Assembly (NCBI GenBank): GCA_947581715.1
Contig: CANPVK010000002.1
Span: 1 to 45,341, forward strand
DNA length: 45,341 nt
Direction: 5' to 3'
DNA from: an uncultured Bacilli bacterium
GTDB lineage: Bacteria > Bacillota_I > Bacilli_A > RF39 > UBA660
The translations under genes and the position numbers were made by a program. The notes under the pieces were generated by a model, which had not been told where the DNA came from, made no database searches, and saw only the letters and a program-made list of their open reading frames with translations. This document shows positions 9,675 to 16,286 of this stretch, piece after piece. Within the stretch, counting starts at the first letter, position 1; the number at the start of each line of letters is the position of its first letter.

Positions 9675-9844
9675 ACAATACTCTTTTTGCCAGTGAAATA
9701 AGTTATAGTTTTCTTTTTGTCTTTTTCAACATCTTCGGACCATTTTATAGGAATTACATCTTTTAGAGCTTCTTTGTTAGTAATTACAGGTCTTTCCTTA
9801 GTGAAAAATCCTTTTGGAAAACTAACTTTGCTTTTTTCTTCCAT
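9659..9844 (-). CDS. Small hypothetical protein (61 aa), stand-alone moron
   Basis: ATG 9844 lies 6 nt after GGAGGA. It has its own consensus promoter and terminator. No recognisable motif. Confidence 0.55.
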   Translation of the reverse strand: MEEKSKVSFPKGFFTKERPVITNKEALKDVIPIKWSEDVEKDKKKTITYFTGKKSIVTDIK

Positions 9845-9912
9845 AATACGTCCTCCTATTCTAATAATATTATACACAAAATAATGCGTAATATCAATGA
9901 ATTTGTTCGAGT

Positions 9913-9941
9913 ATTATAACATTTTAATATTAAATTGTCAA
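9913..9941 (-). promoter_or_regulatory. Consensus sigma-A promoter for the 61-aa moron
   Basis: On the - strand: TTGACA-17 nt-TATAAT with TGt extended -10. Confidence 0.7.
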
Positions 9942-9946
9942 ATTTT

Positions 9947-10357
9947 TTATACTAAATTTTCTGTTATTATCGCAATTTTATCTTCTTCTGCTAAATGAAG
10001 AATAAGTTTCATTAATTCATCTAGTAAGTCATCCGATATTCTTGCAAATACATAATAATCTAATTTGTCTTTATTAAAATAAAATAATTTATCTGCTTTT
10101 ATGTATGATGGTTTCTTGAATTTTTTTATACCATCTTTTTCAAATTCAATTATTTCCATGTTTTCTTCATGACTCAATTTTTGCTTTCTTTGTTCTTCAC
10201 TTTTAAAACTTGAAATTACGGTTGTTACATGAGTATATTCTAATCCTTTTATGCAATCTGGGTTATCATCAATAACTACAAATGAATGACGTCCGATTTC
10301 TTTTCCATCATCCCCAATATATTTATTAACTACAATAATATCTCCTAATTTACACAT
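9947..10357 (-). CDS. Hypothetical protein with a PemK/MazF-like sequence pattern
   Basis: The pattern GDIIVV...G.E..RHSFVVID...TTVISS...SYIKADKLFYFNKDKL...ISDDLLDELMKLI parallels the MazF/PemK layout (GDI.wv, RP.lVlS, v..piTs, s.v..dqi.tidk.rl). By-eye only. Confidence 0.45.
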   Translation of the reverse strand: MCKLGDIIVVNKYIGDDGKEIGRHSFVVIDDNPDCIKGLEYTHVTTVISSFKSEEQRKQKLSHEENMEIIEFEKDGIKKFKKPSYIKADKLFYFNKDKLDYYVFARISDDLLDELMKLILHLAEEDKIAIITENLV

Positions 10358-10406
10358 AATTTACTTCCTTTCTTTCATACATTTATCAAATTAATTTTAA
10401 CCAAAT

Positions 10407-10709
10407 TTAATTTTCCATCAAGAATTTAACATATTTATCAGCTTCATCCTCTACATTTTCTATTGAAAAAGAGAATAGTTCTTGTTGTCTGTCTAAATGA
10501 TGTAATTCCAAATGTGCTAACTCATGTATTATTGTTTTCTTTTTCTTTTCTTTAGATATATTCCAATTTACGATAATTATATTAATATCTCTATATTTAT
10601 GGATAAAGCCATAAATTTTTTTTGGTAATTTTTTATATATTATTTTTATATTATTTTCAATAAAATAATCTTTTTCAGATATTTCATTATTTAATAAATC
10701 AATTAGCAC
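10407..10709 (-). CDS. ImmA/IrrE-family zinc metallopeptidase (short form), anti-repressor protease
   Basis: HEXXH motif (IIHELAHLELHH). Lies immediately downstream of the XRE repressor in the same operon. GTG start 7 nt after AAGGAG. Confidence 0.75.
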   Translation of the reverse strand: MLIDLLNNEISEKDYFIENNIKIIYKKLPKKIYGFIHKYRDINIIIVNWNISKEKKKKTIIHELAHLELHHLDRQQELFSFSIENVEDEADKYVKFLMEN

Positions 10710-10776
10710 AATATCACTCCTTACTTCACATTATTATTCAGTTATGTAAAGTACGGATACTGCTTGTACTTTGCAT

Positions 10777-11136
10777 TTATTTATCTAATTCCTTATCTAT
10801 ATCTTTATGAATAACATCTATTACAGATATAATAGATTTTTTTTCTTCATCGCTTAAATTTTTTGCTTTTGAAAAAAGAATTTGATCTAATTCGGTCATA
10901 TTACTGCTTTCAATTTTGCCATTTAACGGAACATCATATCCCATTAACCAAGTTTCGCTTACATCTAAAACTTCTGCTAGAATAGTTAAATTATCTTGTT
11001 TTGCTTTATAATTACCAGATAAATAATTAGATATTAATGATTTATCAATTTTAGTTTTTTCAACCAGTTCAGCTTGTTTCATGTTTCTTAAGTTTAATGC
11101 TTTTTGTAATCTGTTAGCAAATGTATCTACTAGCAT
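10777..11136 (-). CDS. XRE-family HTH repressor (CI/ImmR-like)
   Basis: HTH_3 pattern LRNMKQAELVEKTKIDKSLISNYLSG...LAEVLDVSETWLMG. No S24 peptidase domain. ATG 11136 6 nt after AAAGGAGG preferred over 11154. Confidence 0.85.
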   Translation of the reverse strand: MLVDTFANRLQKALNLRNMKQAELVEKTKIDKSLISNYLSGNYKAKQDNLTILAEVLDVSETWLMGYDVPLNGKIESSNMTELDQILFSKAKNLSDEEKKSIISVIDVIHKDIDKELDK

Positions 11137-11157
11137 ACAAATCCTCCTTTCCATTTA

Positions 11158-11186
11158 ATTATAAAATAAAGTTGAGAAAAAATCAA
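11158..11186 (-). promoter_or_regulatory. Leftward (repressor) promoter
   Basis: - strand TTGATT-17 nt-TATAAT. An operator-like site overlaps the -35 and spacer. Confidence 0.6.
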
Positions 11187-11271
11187 TGACAAGTTTAGAA
11201 AAAATTAAAAAATGTGTTGACATAATAGTTGAGAAATGCTAAACTTAAATTGTAGTTGAGATAAACTCAAC
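11171..11271. promoter_or_regulatory. Operator cluster of the genetic switch
   Basis: 17-bp sites: GTTGAGaaaaaATCAAT (11171-87), GTTGAGaaatgCTAAAC (11228-44) and the perfect palindrome GTTGAGataaaCTCAAC (11255-71). Confidence 0.55.
11217..11245 (+). promoter_or_regulatory. Rightward early (cro-side) promoter
   Basis: TTGACA-17 nt-TAAACT with TGc extended -10. Overlapped by the 11228-44 operator. Confidence 0.65.
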
Positions 11272-11287
11272 AGAAAGGAGATTAAAA

Positions 11288-11557
11288 TTGAAAACATATA
11301 ATTATAATAAACTTAAAGGCAGAATTAGAGAAATATTCGGTACTCAAGAAAAATATGCAGAAAGTTTAGGAATATCAGTAACTTCTATAAATTATAAACT
11401 AAATTGTAAAGTTCCGTTCACTCAAGATGAAATATCAAAATCTATCGAAATATTAAATATTTTGCCTAATGAAATTCAAGACATTTTTTTTAATTCTAAA
11501 GTTGAGAATAACTCAACAAATGTATTAGATAAAAATCAATTAAAAGATTCAACTTAA
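11288..11557 (+). CDS. Cro-like/DUF739-like small HTH regulator
   Basis: First gene of the rightward operon. Pattern KLKGRIREIFGTQEKYAESLGISVTSINYKLN. TTG start 7 nt after AAAGGAG. Confidence 0.6.
   Translation: MKTYNYNKLKGRIREIFGTQEKYAESLGISVTSINYKLNCKVPFTQDEISKSIEILNILPNEIQDIFFNSKVENNSTNVLDKNQLKDST
11501..11517. promoter_or_regulatory. Remote operator-like palindrome inside the 3' end of the cro-like gene
   Basis: GTTGAGaataaCTCAAC has the same perfect half-sites as 11255-71, 246 bp away. Confidence 0.45.
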
Positions 11558-11574
11558 TAGGAGGAGGATAGAAC

Positions 11575-11757
11575 ATGAGCTTAAAAAAATGCAATAAAAA
11601 AAATGATCATAAGATGGTCACTATCAAAGAATATGGATTTTGGTATTGGTATTTTTACCAATTAGAAAATAACCAATTATTCTTAATTATCCATACTAGT
11701 ATTTTATCTGCAGTCACATGCGCAATCACAAATCTTATCATTAGAAGTTGTAATTAA
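11575..11757 (+). CDS. Small hypothetical protein (60 aa, hydrophobic C-terminus)
   Basis: Strong SD AGGAGGAGG 6 nt upstream. Its 3' end overlaps the convergent 11704-12045 gene by 54 nt. Confidence 0.35.
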   Translation: MSLKKCNKKNDHKMVTIKEYGFWYWYFYQLENNQLFLIIHTSILSAVTCAITNLIIRSCN

Positions 11758-12045
11758 ATTGGTTATTAAGGTGGAAATTACAGCAATAGTAACTGGAACA
11801 ATAATAATTTTTAAAATATTCATGAAAAATCGTTTTCTTTTATAAAAAAAGTAATCACATCCAGTAATGGTTAATTGAATAGTTCCATTATGGTTAGTAA
11901 TAAGTTTTTCTTTTTTTAGAATATCATAGCTTTCATCAACGATTGCTTTGTTAGAAAAGACTTTATATAAATCATGTAAACTAGAAGTTTGATTTTTATA
12001 GATAAACTTGAATATTTTGTAAGTTGTTCTGTTCAAAATAAACAC
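11704..12045 (-). CDS. Membrane-anchored winged-helix-like protein with Cys-rich tail (moron antisense to the early operon)
   Basis: N-terminal MarR-like pattern (YKIFKFIY...SLHDLYKVF...LKKEKLI), then a TM helix IIIVPVTIAVISTLITNLI, then CDCACDCR. Own extended -10 promoter. The true start may be TTG 9 nt downstream. Confidence 0.5.
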   Translation of the reverse strand: MFILNRTTYKIFKFIYKNQTSSLHDLYKVFSNKAIVDESYDILKKEKLITNHNGTIQLTITGCDYFFYKRKRFFMNILKIIIVPVTIAVISTLITNLITTSNDKICDCACDCR

Positions 12046-12058
12046 TCCTTTTAGGGAT

Positions 12059-12067
12059 ATTATACCA
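12059..12067 (-). promoter_or_regulatory. Extended -10 promoter of the 11704-12045 moron
   Basis: - strand TGgTATAAT within the cassette TTTTTATT..CTCCTATGGTATAAT, also found at 13089-13112. Confidence 0.5.
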
Positions 12068-12118
12068 TAGGAGAATAAAAATTGAGTAATAAAGAAAATA
12101 AGAAAAAAGGAGAATAAG

Positions 12119-12379
12119 ATGAATTTATTAGAAATGTTTAAAAGTCTAACAGAGAAAGAAAAAGAAGAATTTACTGAATTAATCGTTGATCAAATAAACA
12201 AAAAAATTACTCAAAAGAGCAATTTTTCTGAAAAAGTAAAAACATCTACTGGTTATCACTTTGACTCTAATAAAGAAGAAAAATTAGAATATGATATTGG
12301 AAATAAAAAATATGTATTTGACAATAATGGATTAAGCATTGAAGAAGAAGGAGAACAGAATGAAAGAAGAAAATACTGA
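12119..12379 (+). CDS. Hypothetical early protein
   Basis: ATG after AAAAGGAG. Co-directional early operon. No motif recognised. Confidence 0.55.
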   Translation: MNLLEMFKSLTEKEKEEFTELIVDQINKKITQKSNFSEKVKTSTGYHFDSNKEEKLEYDIGNKKYVFDNNGLSIEEEGEQNERRKY

Positions 12380-12617
12380 ATTTAATGTTTACGATGAACC
12401 TTCATACGATCTATATGAAGGACCATATCCTACACATATTGAAATAATTTCAGATATGGATAGAAAGTATGTCAAAAATGGTTCAATAAAAGTTTTAGTA
12501 CCAGGAAATGGAGCAATTAAAGTAAAAATAGATATTAATTCTCAATCTTATAAAAAATCAGATATAAAAAAAGGACTTGCACAAGTATTTGAACAAATTC
12601 TTAAAAATTATGATTAA
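12360..12617 (+). CDS. Hypothetical early protein
   Basis: ATG 12360 after AGGAGAACAGA, overlapping the previous stop. No motif recognised. Confidence 0.55.
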   Translation: MKEENTEFNVYDEPSYDLYEGPYPTHIEIISDMDRKYVKNGSIKVLVPGNGAIKVKIDINSQSYKKSDIKKGLAQVFEQILKNYD

Positions 12618-13065
12618 TTCTAATGCTGAAATTACCACGTGTAGTAAAAATTAAAAGTTTTTGGATATTTAATTTTTTTGAGGTATAGTTTGATTCTTTT
12701 GTTTTAAATCTGCAAAAACTAGCTTCCAGTGGTGCGAGTAAGATTGGAAAACCGTCGGTATATGAGTCTTCTTGAATCTTATTTCCATTAGGTACATCGA
12801 TAATGATGGAATCGCTATATTCTTTATATTTGCAGATTTTTATAGTATCACTTTCAGTTTTAATTTGAATATCAGTAATTGTTATTGGCAAGTGGGAATT
12901 GTTTTCAATAACTAAATTAATATAATATTTCGAATCAAATAATTTTAATTCATTAATAGTTATTTTAACTTTTCTGCGTCGTGTTTTAAGCAAATATGCA
13001 CTATTCAATGCTGAAAGCACAAAAGAAAGCGTTGCAATACCATTGTGATATAAAAAATCGTACAT
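12601..13065 (-). CDS. Membrane-anchored hypothetical protein (moron antisense to the early operon)
   Basis: N-terminal TM helix IATLSFVLSALNSAYLL, then a beta-rich domain. AAAGGAGG SD. Own extended -10 promoter. Confidence 0.6.
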   Translation of the reverse strand: MYDFLYHNGIATLSFVLSALNSAYLLKTRRRKVKITINELKLFDSKYYINLVIENNSHLPITITDIQIKTESDTIKICKYKEYSDSIIIDVPNGNKIQEDSYTDGFPILLAPLEASFCRFKTKESNYTSKKLNIQKLLIFTTRGNFSIRINHNF

Positions 13066-13088
13066 AATAATTACCTCCTTTCAAAAGC

Positions 13089-13097
13089 ATTATACCA
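13089..13097 (-). promoter_or_regulatory. Extended -10 promoter of the 12601-13065 moron
   Basis: - strand TGgTATAAT in the same cassette as 12059-12067. Confidence 0.5.
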
Positions 13098-13114
13098 TAG
13101 GAGGAAAATAAAAA

Positions 13115-13131
13115 ATCTACCACGATAAGAA
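13115..13131 (+). repeat. Inverted-repeat copy 2 (ATCTACCACGATAAGAA)
   Basis: Perfect reverse complement of 9067-9083. Confidence 0.9.
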
Positions 13132-13174
13132 AAAAATAAAATCTTGTCGAATATTATTAATCAGGAGGGATAAC

Positions 13175-13390
13175 ATGGAAAAACACTATCAATTCGGAAA
13201 AACAAAAGTAACTGTTACTTCAAGTGTTACTCCAGAAGAAAGAAAAGAAAATCTTAAAAAAATTTATGATGTAGTTAATGAGATTGCAGACAAGAAAAGA
13301 GAAGAGGGAATCAATGTAGATAATTGGTTCTACACTCAAGAGGAAATAGAAGAATTAAAAAGAAAAAATAGTCCAAAATTAATTTATTAA
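13175..13390 (+). CDS. Hypothetical early protein (71 aa)
   Basis: ATG after CAGGAGGG. No motif recognised. Confidence 0.6.
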   Translation: MEKHYQFGKTKVTVTSSVTPEERKENLKKIYDVVNEIADKKREEGINVDNWFYTQEEIEELKRKNSPKLIY

Positions 13391-13440
13391 TCCACAAAAT
13401 TGTGGATAAGTAGGACAAGCATTAAAGGAGGTGAGGAAAG

Positions 13441-13587
13441 ATGAAAAGAGATACAACTATGACAATTATTATGATGATTATATTCATAGCACTAGTTATA
13501 GGCATGATGATTTTTGTATCAAACCGTAATCAACAAATTGATAACGGAGAATTAGAAGTTTTATATCAGTACGGAGGGGATATTTAA
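13441..13587 (+). CDS. Small membrane protein (48 aa, below the ORF-track cutoff)
   Basis: AAAGGAGGTGAGG SD. Translation MKRDTTMTIIMMIIFIALVIGMMIFVSNRN... has one TM helix. Confidence 0.45.
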   Translation: MKRDTTMTIIMMIIFIALVIGMMIFVSNRNQQIDNGELEVLYQYGGDI

Positions 13588-13702
13588 TGTCAAAAAACAA
13601 AGAAAAAAAGAGAACTCAACCCATAAATAAAAGTTCCCTTTGTCAAAATGACAGCTTAATTTTACAACAAATTCTTATTTTTGTCAAATTGAGGTGTTAG
13701 TA

Positions 13703-14560
13703 GTGAAAAACAGCTTTTTGATTTATCACGAATATAGAGACATATTAGAAGACCTAACTAATGAAGAATTAGGAAAATTATTTAGAGCAATATTTGATTA
13801 TGAAATAGATAATAAAATTCCTCATTTTGTGGGGCTTATGAAAATGGCTTTTATGGTGATAAAAGGGAATCTTGATAGAGATAGAAATAAATATGATAAG
13901 AGATGTGAATCTTCTTCTGAAAATGGCAAAAAAGGTGGAGCACCGAAAGGAAATCAAAATGCTAAAAAACAACCTAAAAACAACCTAAAACAACCTAATC
14001 AACCTAAACAAGCCGATAATGATAATGAAACTGATACTGAAAATGGTAATGATAATGATAATGCTTCTGCTTCTGATAAAGGGAAAAGTGCCGACTTACT
14101 CGCAGAAGATGGAATTGAAAAAAGTGCCGACTTATTCAGTTCTGATGAGACAAGTGAAACAAATGCCGATTTATTCACTTATATTCAAGAAGCACTAGGG
14201 AGAACATTAAACAGTATTGAATATGAAGTTATCAATGAATGGCAAGACAATGATTTGACTCGTTATGCCGTTAAAGAGTCAATTTTGAATGGAGCTCGTG
14301 GAATACGATACATTCAAACTGTCTTAGAAAGTTGGAAGGCAAAAGGTTTTAAAACGGTGCAAGATGTACAAGCCTATCAAATCAAGAGGAAACAAAACAT
14401 TGAAAAACAAAATTTAAAAGAAAAAGAACTACCTGATTGGTTTAACAAAGACCTAAAAAATGAAGAAATGACAGAAGAGGATAAGAAAGAATTGGATGAT
14501 CTTTTAGAAAGCATTACAGAAACAATAGAAAAGGGGAAAAAACGTGATGGAAGATGTTAG
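13703..14560 (+). CDS. Replisome organizer / DnaD-domain replication initiation protein
   Basis: The C-terminal region FTYIQEALGRTLNSIEYEVINEWQDND...ARGIRYIQTVLESWKAKG resembles the DnaD/DnaB_2 domain. The N-terminal YHEYRDILEDLTNEELGKLFRAIFDY resembles the DUF6291-type helper domain. The basic/acidic linker holds iterons. Confidence 0.7.
   Translation: MKNSFLIYHEYRDILEDLTNEELGKLFRAIFDYEIDNKIPHFVGLMKMAFMVIKGNLDRDRNKYDKRCESSSENGKKGGAPKGNQNAKKQPKNNLKQPNQPKQADNDNETDTENGNDNDNASASDKGKSADLLAEDGIEKSADLFSSDETSETNADLFTYIQEALGRTLNSIEYEVINEWQDNDLTRYAVKESILNGARGIRYIQTVLESWKAKGFKTVQDVQAYQIKRKQNIEKQNLKEKELPDWFNKDLKNEEMTEEDKKELDDLLESITETIEKGKKRDGRC
13970..14007 (+). repeat. Four tandem CAACCTAA direct repeats (iteron set A)
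   Basis: CAACCTAA at 13970, 13981, 13991 and 14000, with 9-11 bp phasing, inside the organizer gene. Confidence 0.6.
14084..14176 (+). repeat. Three dispersed direct repeats AAA(A)GTGCCGA(C/T)TTA(C/T)TC (iteron set B)
   Basis: Copies at 14084-14101 and 14120-14137, and a degenerate copy at 14161-14176. Confidence 0.55.
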
Positions 14561-14774
14561 ATACAAGGAGCTAAGAAAATTAGAAGAAGAAAGAAACAAA
14601 TATAAAGTCAAATGCAAATGTGGAACTAAGACAGTAATGATTGATGCCGACAAAACAATTTGCAGAGGTTGCGGAAACTATGTTTACAGGAACAAAAAAA
14701 TAGAATTTATGGAAAGGATGAAAAGTTTATGTACATCTACGAAGAAACAGAGCCAGGTTATAACGAAAAGGTAG
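14547..14774 (+). CDS. Small zinc-ribbon-like protein
   Basis: CKCG...CRGCG cysteine pairs. ATG after AAGGGG. Confidence 0.5.
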   Translation: MEDVRYKELRKLEEERNKYKVKCKCGTKTVMIDADKTICRGCGNYVYRNKKIEFMERMKSLCTSTKKQSQVITKR

Positions 14775-14974
14775 ATAGAGAGCTTTATGAAGAATCACAG
14801 GAAGAACTAGAGGAAGCTAAACGTAAAATTTATGATTTGGAAGATGATCTAGAAGAAGCAAGAGAAGATTTAAAATCACTAGTCGATACAATTATCGAAT
14901 TTGGAAATAAGTACGATTTTAGTGAAGCATATCCAAAGTTAATTGAATTTTTGAAAGGTAAAAAATTAATATGA
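14729..14974 (+). CDS. Hypothetical acidic coiled-coil protein
   Basis: Internal ATG 14729 after GGAAAGGATG preferred over the ORF-track start 14660. Overlaps the previous gene out of frame. Confidence 0.5.
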   Translation: MYIYEETEPGYNEKVDRELYEESQEELEEAKRKIYDLEDDLEEAREDLKSLVDTIIEFGNKYDFSEAYPKLIEFLKGKKLI

Positions 14975-15168
14975 GAATTTTTAATAAAAAAGAGAAAAAT
15001 ACATTTGAAATAAAATATTACGAATTATTAGAAAAATATACTCAAATTTTAGAACAGAAAAATAATGAAAATGAAGAATTTAATCATTACAAAAAATTAT
15101 GTGAAGAACAAAGAATTGAAATTAAAAAATTAAAAAGAGGAGAGATAAAAAATGGAAAGAAATTTTAA
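14971..15168 (+). CDS. Hypothetical coiled-coil protein
   Basis: ATGA-type overlap with the upstream stop. Co-directional. Confidence 0.5.
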   Translation: MRIFNKKEKNTFEIKYYELLEKYTQILEQKNNENEEFNHYKKLCEEQRIEIKKLKRGEIKNGKKF

Positions 15169-15661
15169 AGTAGGAGATACTGTAAAAGTTGTTAAATTAA
15201 GTCGTGCAATGGCTGGATTTTCAGTAGGAGATAAGGTAAAGATTATCAGAATTGATGACGAAGATACCGATCTTAAATATTGTATTGAAAATGATGAGTT
15301 TATTGGATGGGCTTCTGAAGATTCTATTGAGTTTATGAATTTTAAATTTGAAGTAGGAGATATGGTAAAAATAAATAAAAATGCAACAATTGATGATTTT
15401 GTCAAAGATTGTTGGGGCGGATGTAAAAATGATACATTAAAATTTTTGTTCGACCACGCAGATTCAAAAGAAGAATTTACAATTGAGAAAGTTTCTAGTA
15501 AAGGTAACTTAATATTTAAAAAATTCAATTGGCTTACCGTTAATAAAAACATCTTTGAATTAGTAAAAAGAAAAGAAGAAGTACATAATAGAATGACGGT
15601 AAGAGAAATTGAAGAAATGTTAGGAATTACAGGATTAGAAATTGTTAAGGAGGACAAGTAA
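15152..15661 (+). CDS. Hypothetical protein with duplicated F(K/E)VGD.VK motif
   Basis: GAGGAGAG SD. Two SH3/KOW-like repeats: FKVGDTVKVVK and FEVGDMVKINK. Confidence 0.6.
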   Translation: MERNFKVGDTVKVVKLSRAMAGFSVGDKVKIIRIDDEDTDLKYCIENDEFIGWASEDSIEFMNFKFEVGDMVKINKNATIDDFVKDCWGGCKNDTLKFLFDHADSKEEFTIEKVSSKGNLIFKKFNWLTVNKNIFELVKRKEEVHNRMTVREIEEMLGITGLEIVKEDK

Positions 15662-15662
15662 G

Positions 15663-16286
15663 ATGATAGGCTTAGACGGTTTAACTCCAGAATTAGCTAC
15701 TGATTTAATTACATTAGTGAATAGCTTACAAAAATTGACTAAAACTGCAAAAGTAAACTATTCTGTACAAAACAAAAAAACAGGAGAATGGGTTAAAAAA
15801 GCATTTAATTATGTTCCATTAGATGACATATTAGAAAAAATTAAAGAAAACAAAAATTTTGCTTTTATGCAACCAATTGGGTATGATCCAGTAAGTCAAA
15901 TTGTTGGAGTAAAGTGTGTTTTAATTCATAAAAGCGGTAAATTTTTAGAAAGTTCTGTTTTTCCAATCAAAACAACAGAAGGAATGAAAATTCAAGATGA
16001 AGGAGCAGAAATAACGTATCGAAAAAGATATGCTGCAGGGGCATTCTTTGGAATTGCTACAGAAGAAGATACAGATGGAAATGATGATGAAGCAACAGCC
16101 CCAGAATATAAACCACAAGAAATTAAAGCAACGGCTAAACAAGTCGAATTATTATCTAATTATTATGTTGGAGAAAATTTAGAAAAATTATTAAAGGTTA
16201 ATAAAATTGAAAAACTTGAAGACTTATCCGTACAAAAAGCTAGTGAATTAATAAGAAAAATTAAAGAAAAAGGAGAAGCAAAATAA
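15663..16286 (+). CDS. ERF-family single-strand annealing protein (by-eye)
   Basis: Pattern NYVPLDDILEKIK...VKCVLIHKSGKFLES...GAEITYRKRYAAGAFFGIATEEDTDG resembles ERF. ATG 15663 after AAGGAGG. Neighbours are a nuclease and SSB. Confidence 0.6.
   Translation: MIGLDGLTPELATDLITLVNSLQKLTKTAKVNYSVQNKKTGEWVKKAFNYVPLDDILEKIKENKNFAFMQPIGYDPVSQIVGVKCVLIHKSGKFLESSVFPIKTTEGMKIQDEGAEITYRKRYAAGAFFGIATEEDTDGNDDEATAPEYKPQEIKATAKQVELLSNYYVGENLEKLLKVNKIEKLEDLSVQKASELIRKIKEKGEAK

Noticed and set aside
10748-10772. Hairpin AAAGTAC-(11 nt)-GTACTTT between the XRE and ImmA genes, with the same stem arms as the host terminators at 86-105 and 1982-2005
   Set aside because: AAAGTACTTT is self-complementary and AT-rich, so recurrence in three places is plausible by chance. 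There is no proper U-tail on the - strand. It was not called as a terminator or a REP-like family.
13587-13700. 37-codon ORF (MSKNKEKKRTQPINKSS...) overlapping the stop of the 48-aa membrane ORF
   Set aside because: It has no SD beyond the overlap, a low-complexity basic sequence, and overlaps the start region of the organizer gene. The evidence is insufficient to call it.
15130-15657. 175-aa antisense ORF almost exactly mirroring the 15152-15661 gene
   Set aside because: The S/L/F/I-rich low-complexity translation is typical of the reverse complement of K/E/D-rich AT-biased coding sequence. There is no SD, and the sense ORF has a strong SD and operon context. The same reasoning applies to the other - strand track ORFs inside + strand genes (1030-1260, 13778-13972, 15945-16142, 16967-17275, 17299-17508, 17914-18099, 23329-23698, 24037-24234, 25779-25961, 26581-26989, 28634-28816, 30488-30700, 33787-34179, 36687-37405, 37718-37972, 38722-40705, 41224-41418, 44056-44653, 45098-45313) and to the + strand out-of-frame ORF 41726-41911.
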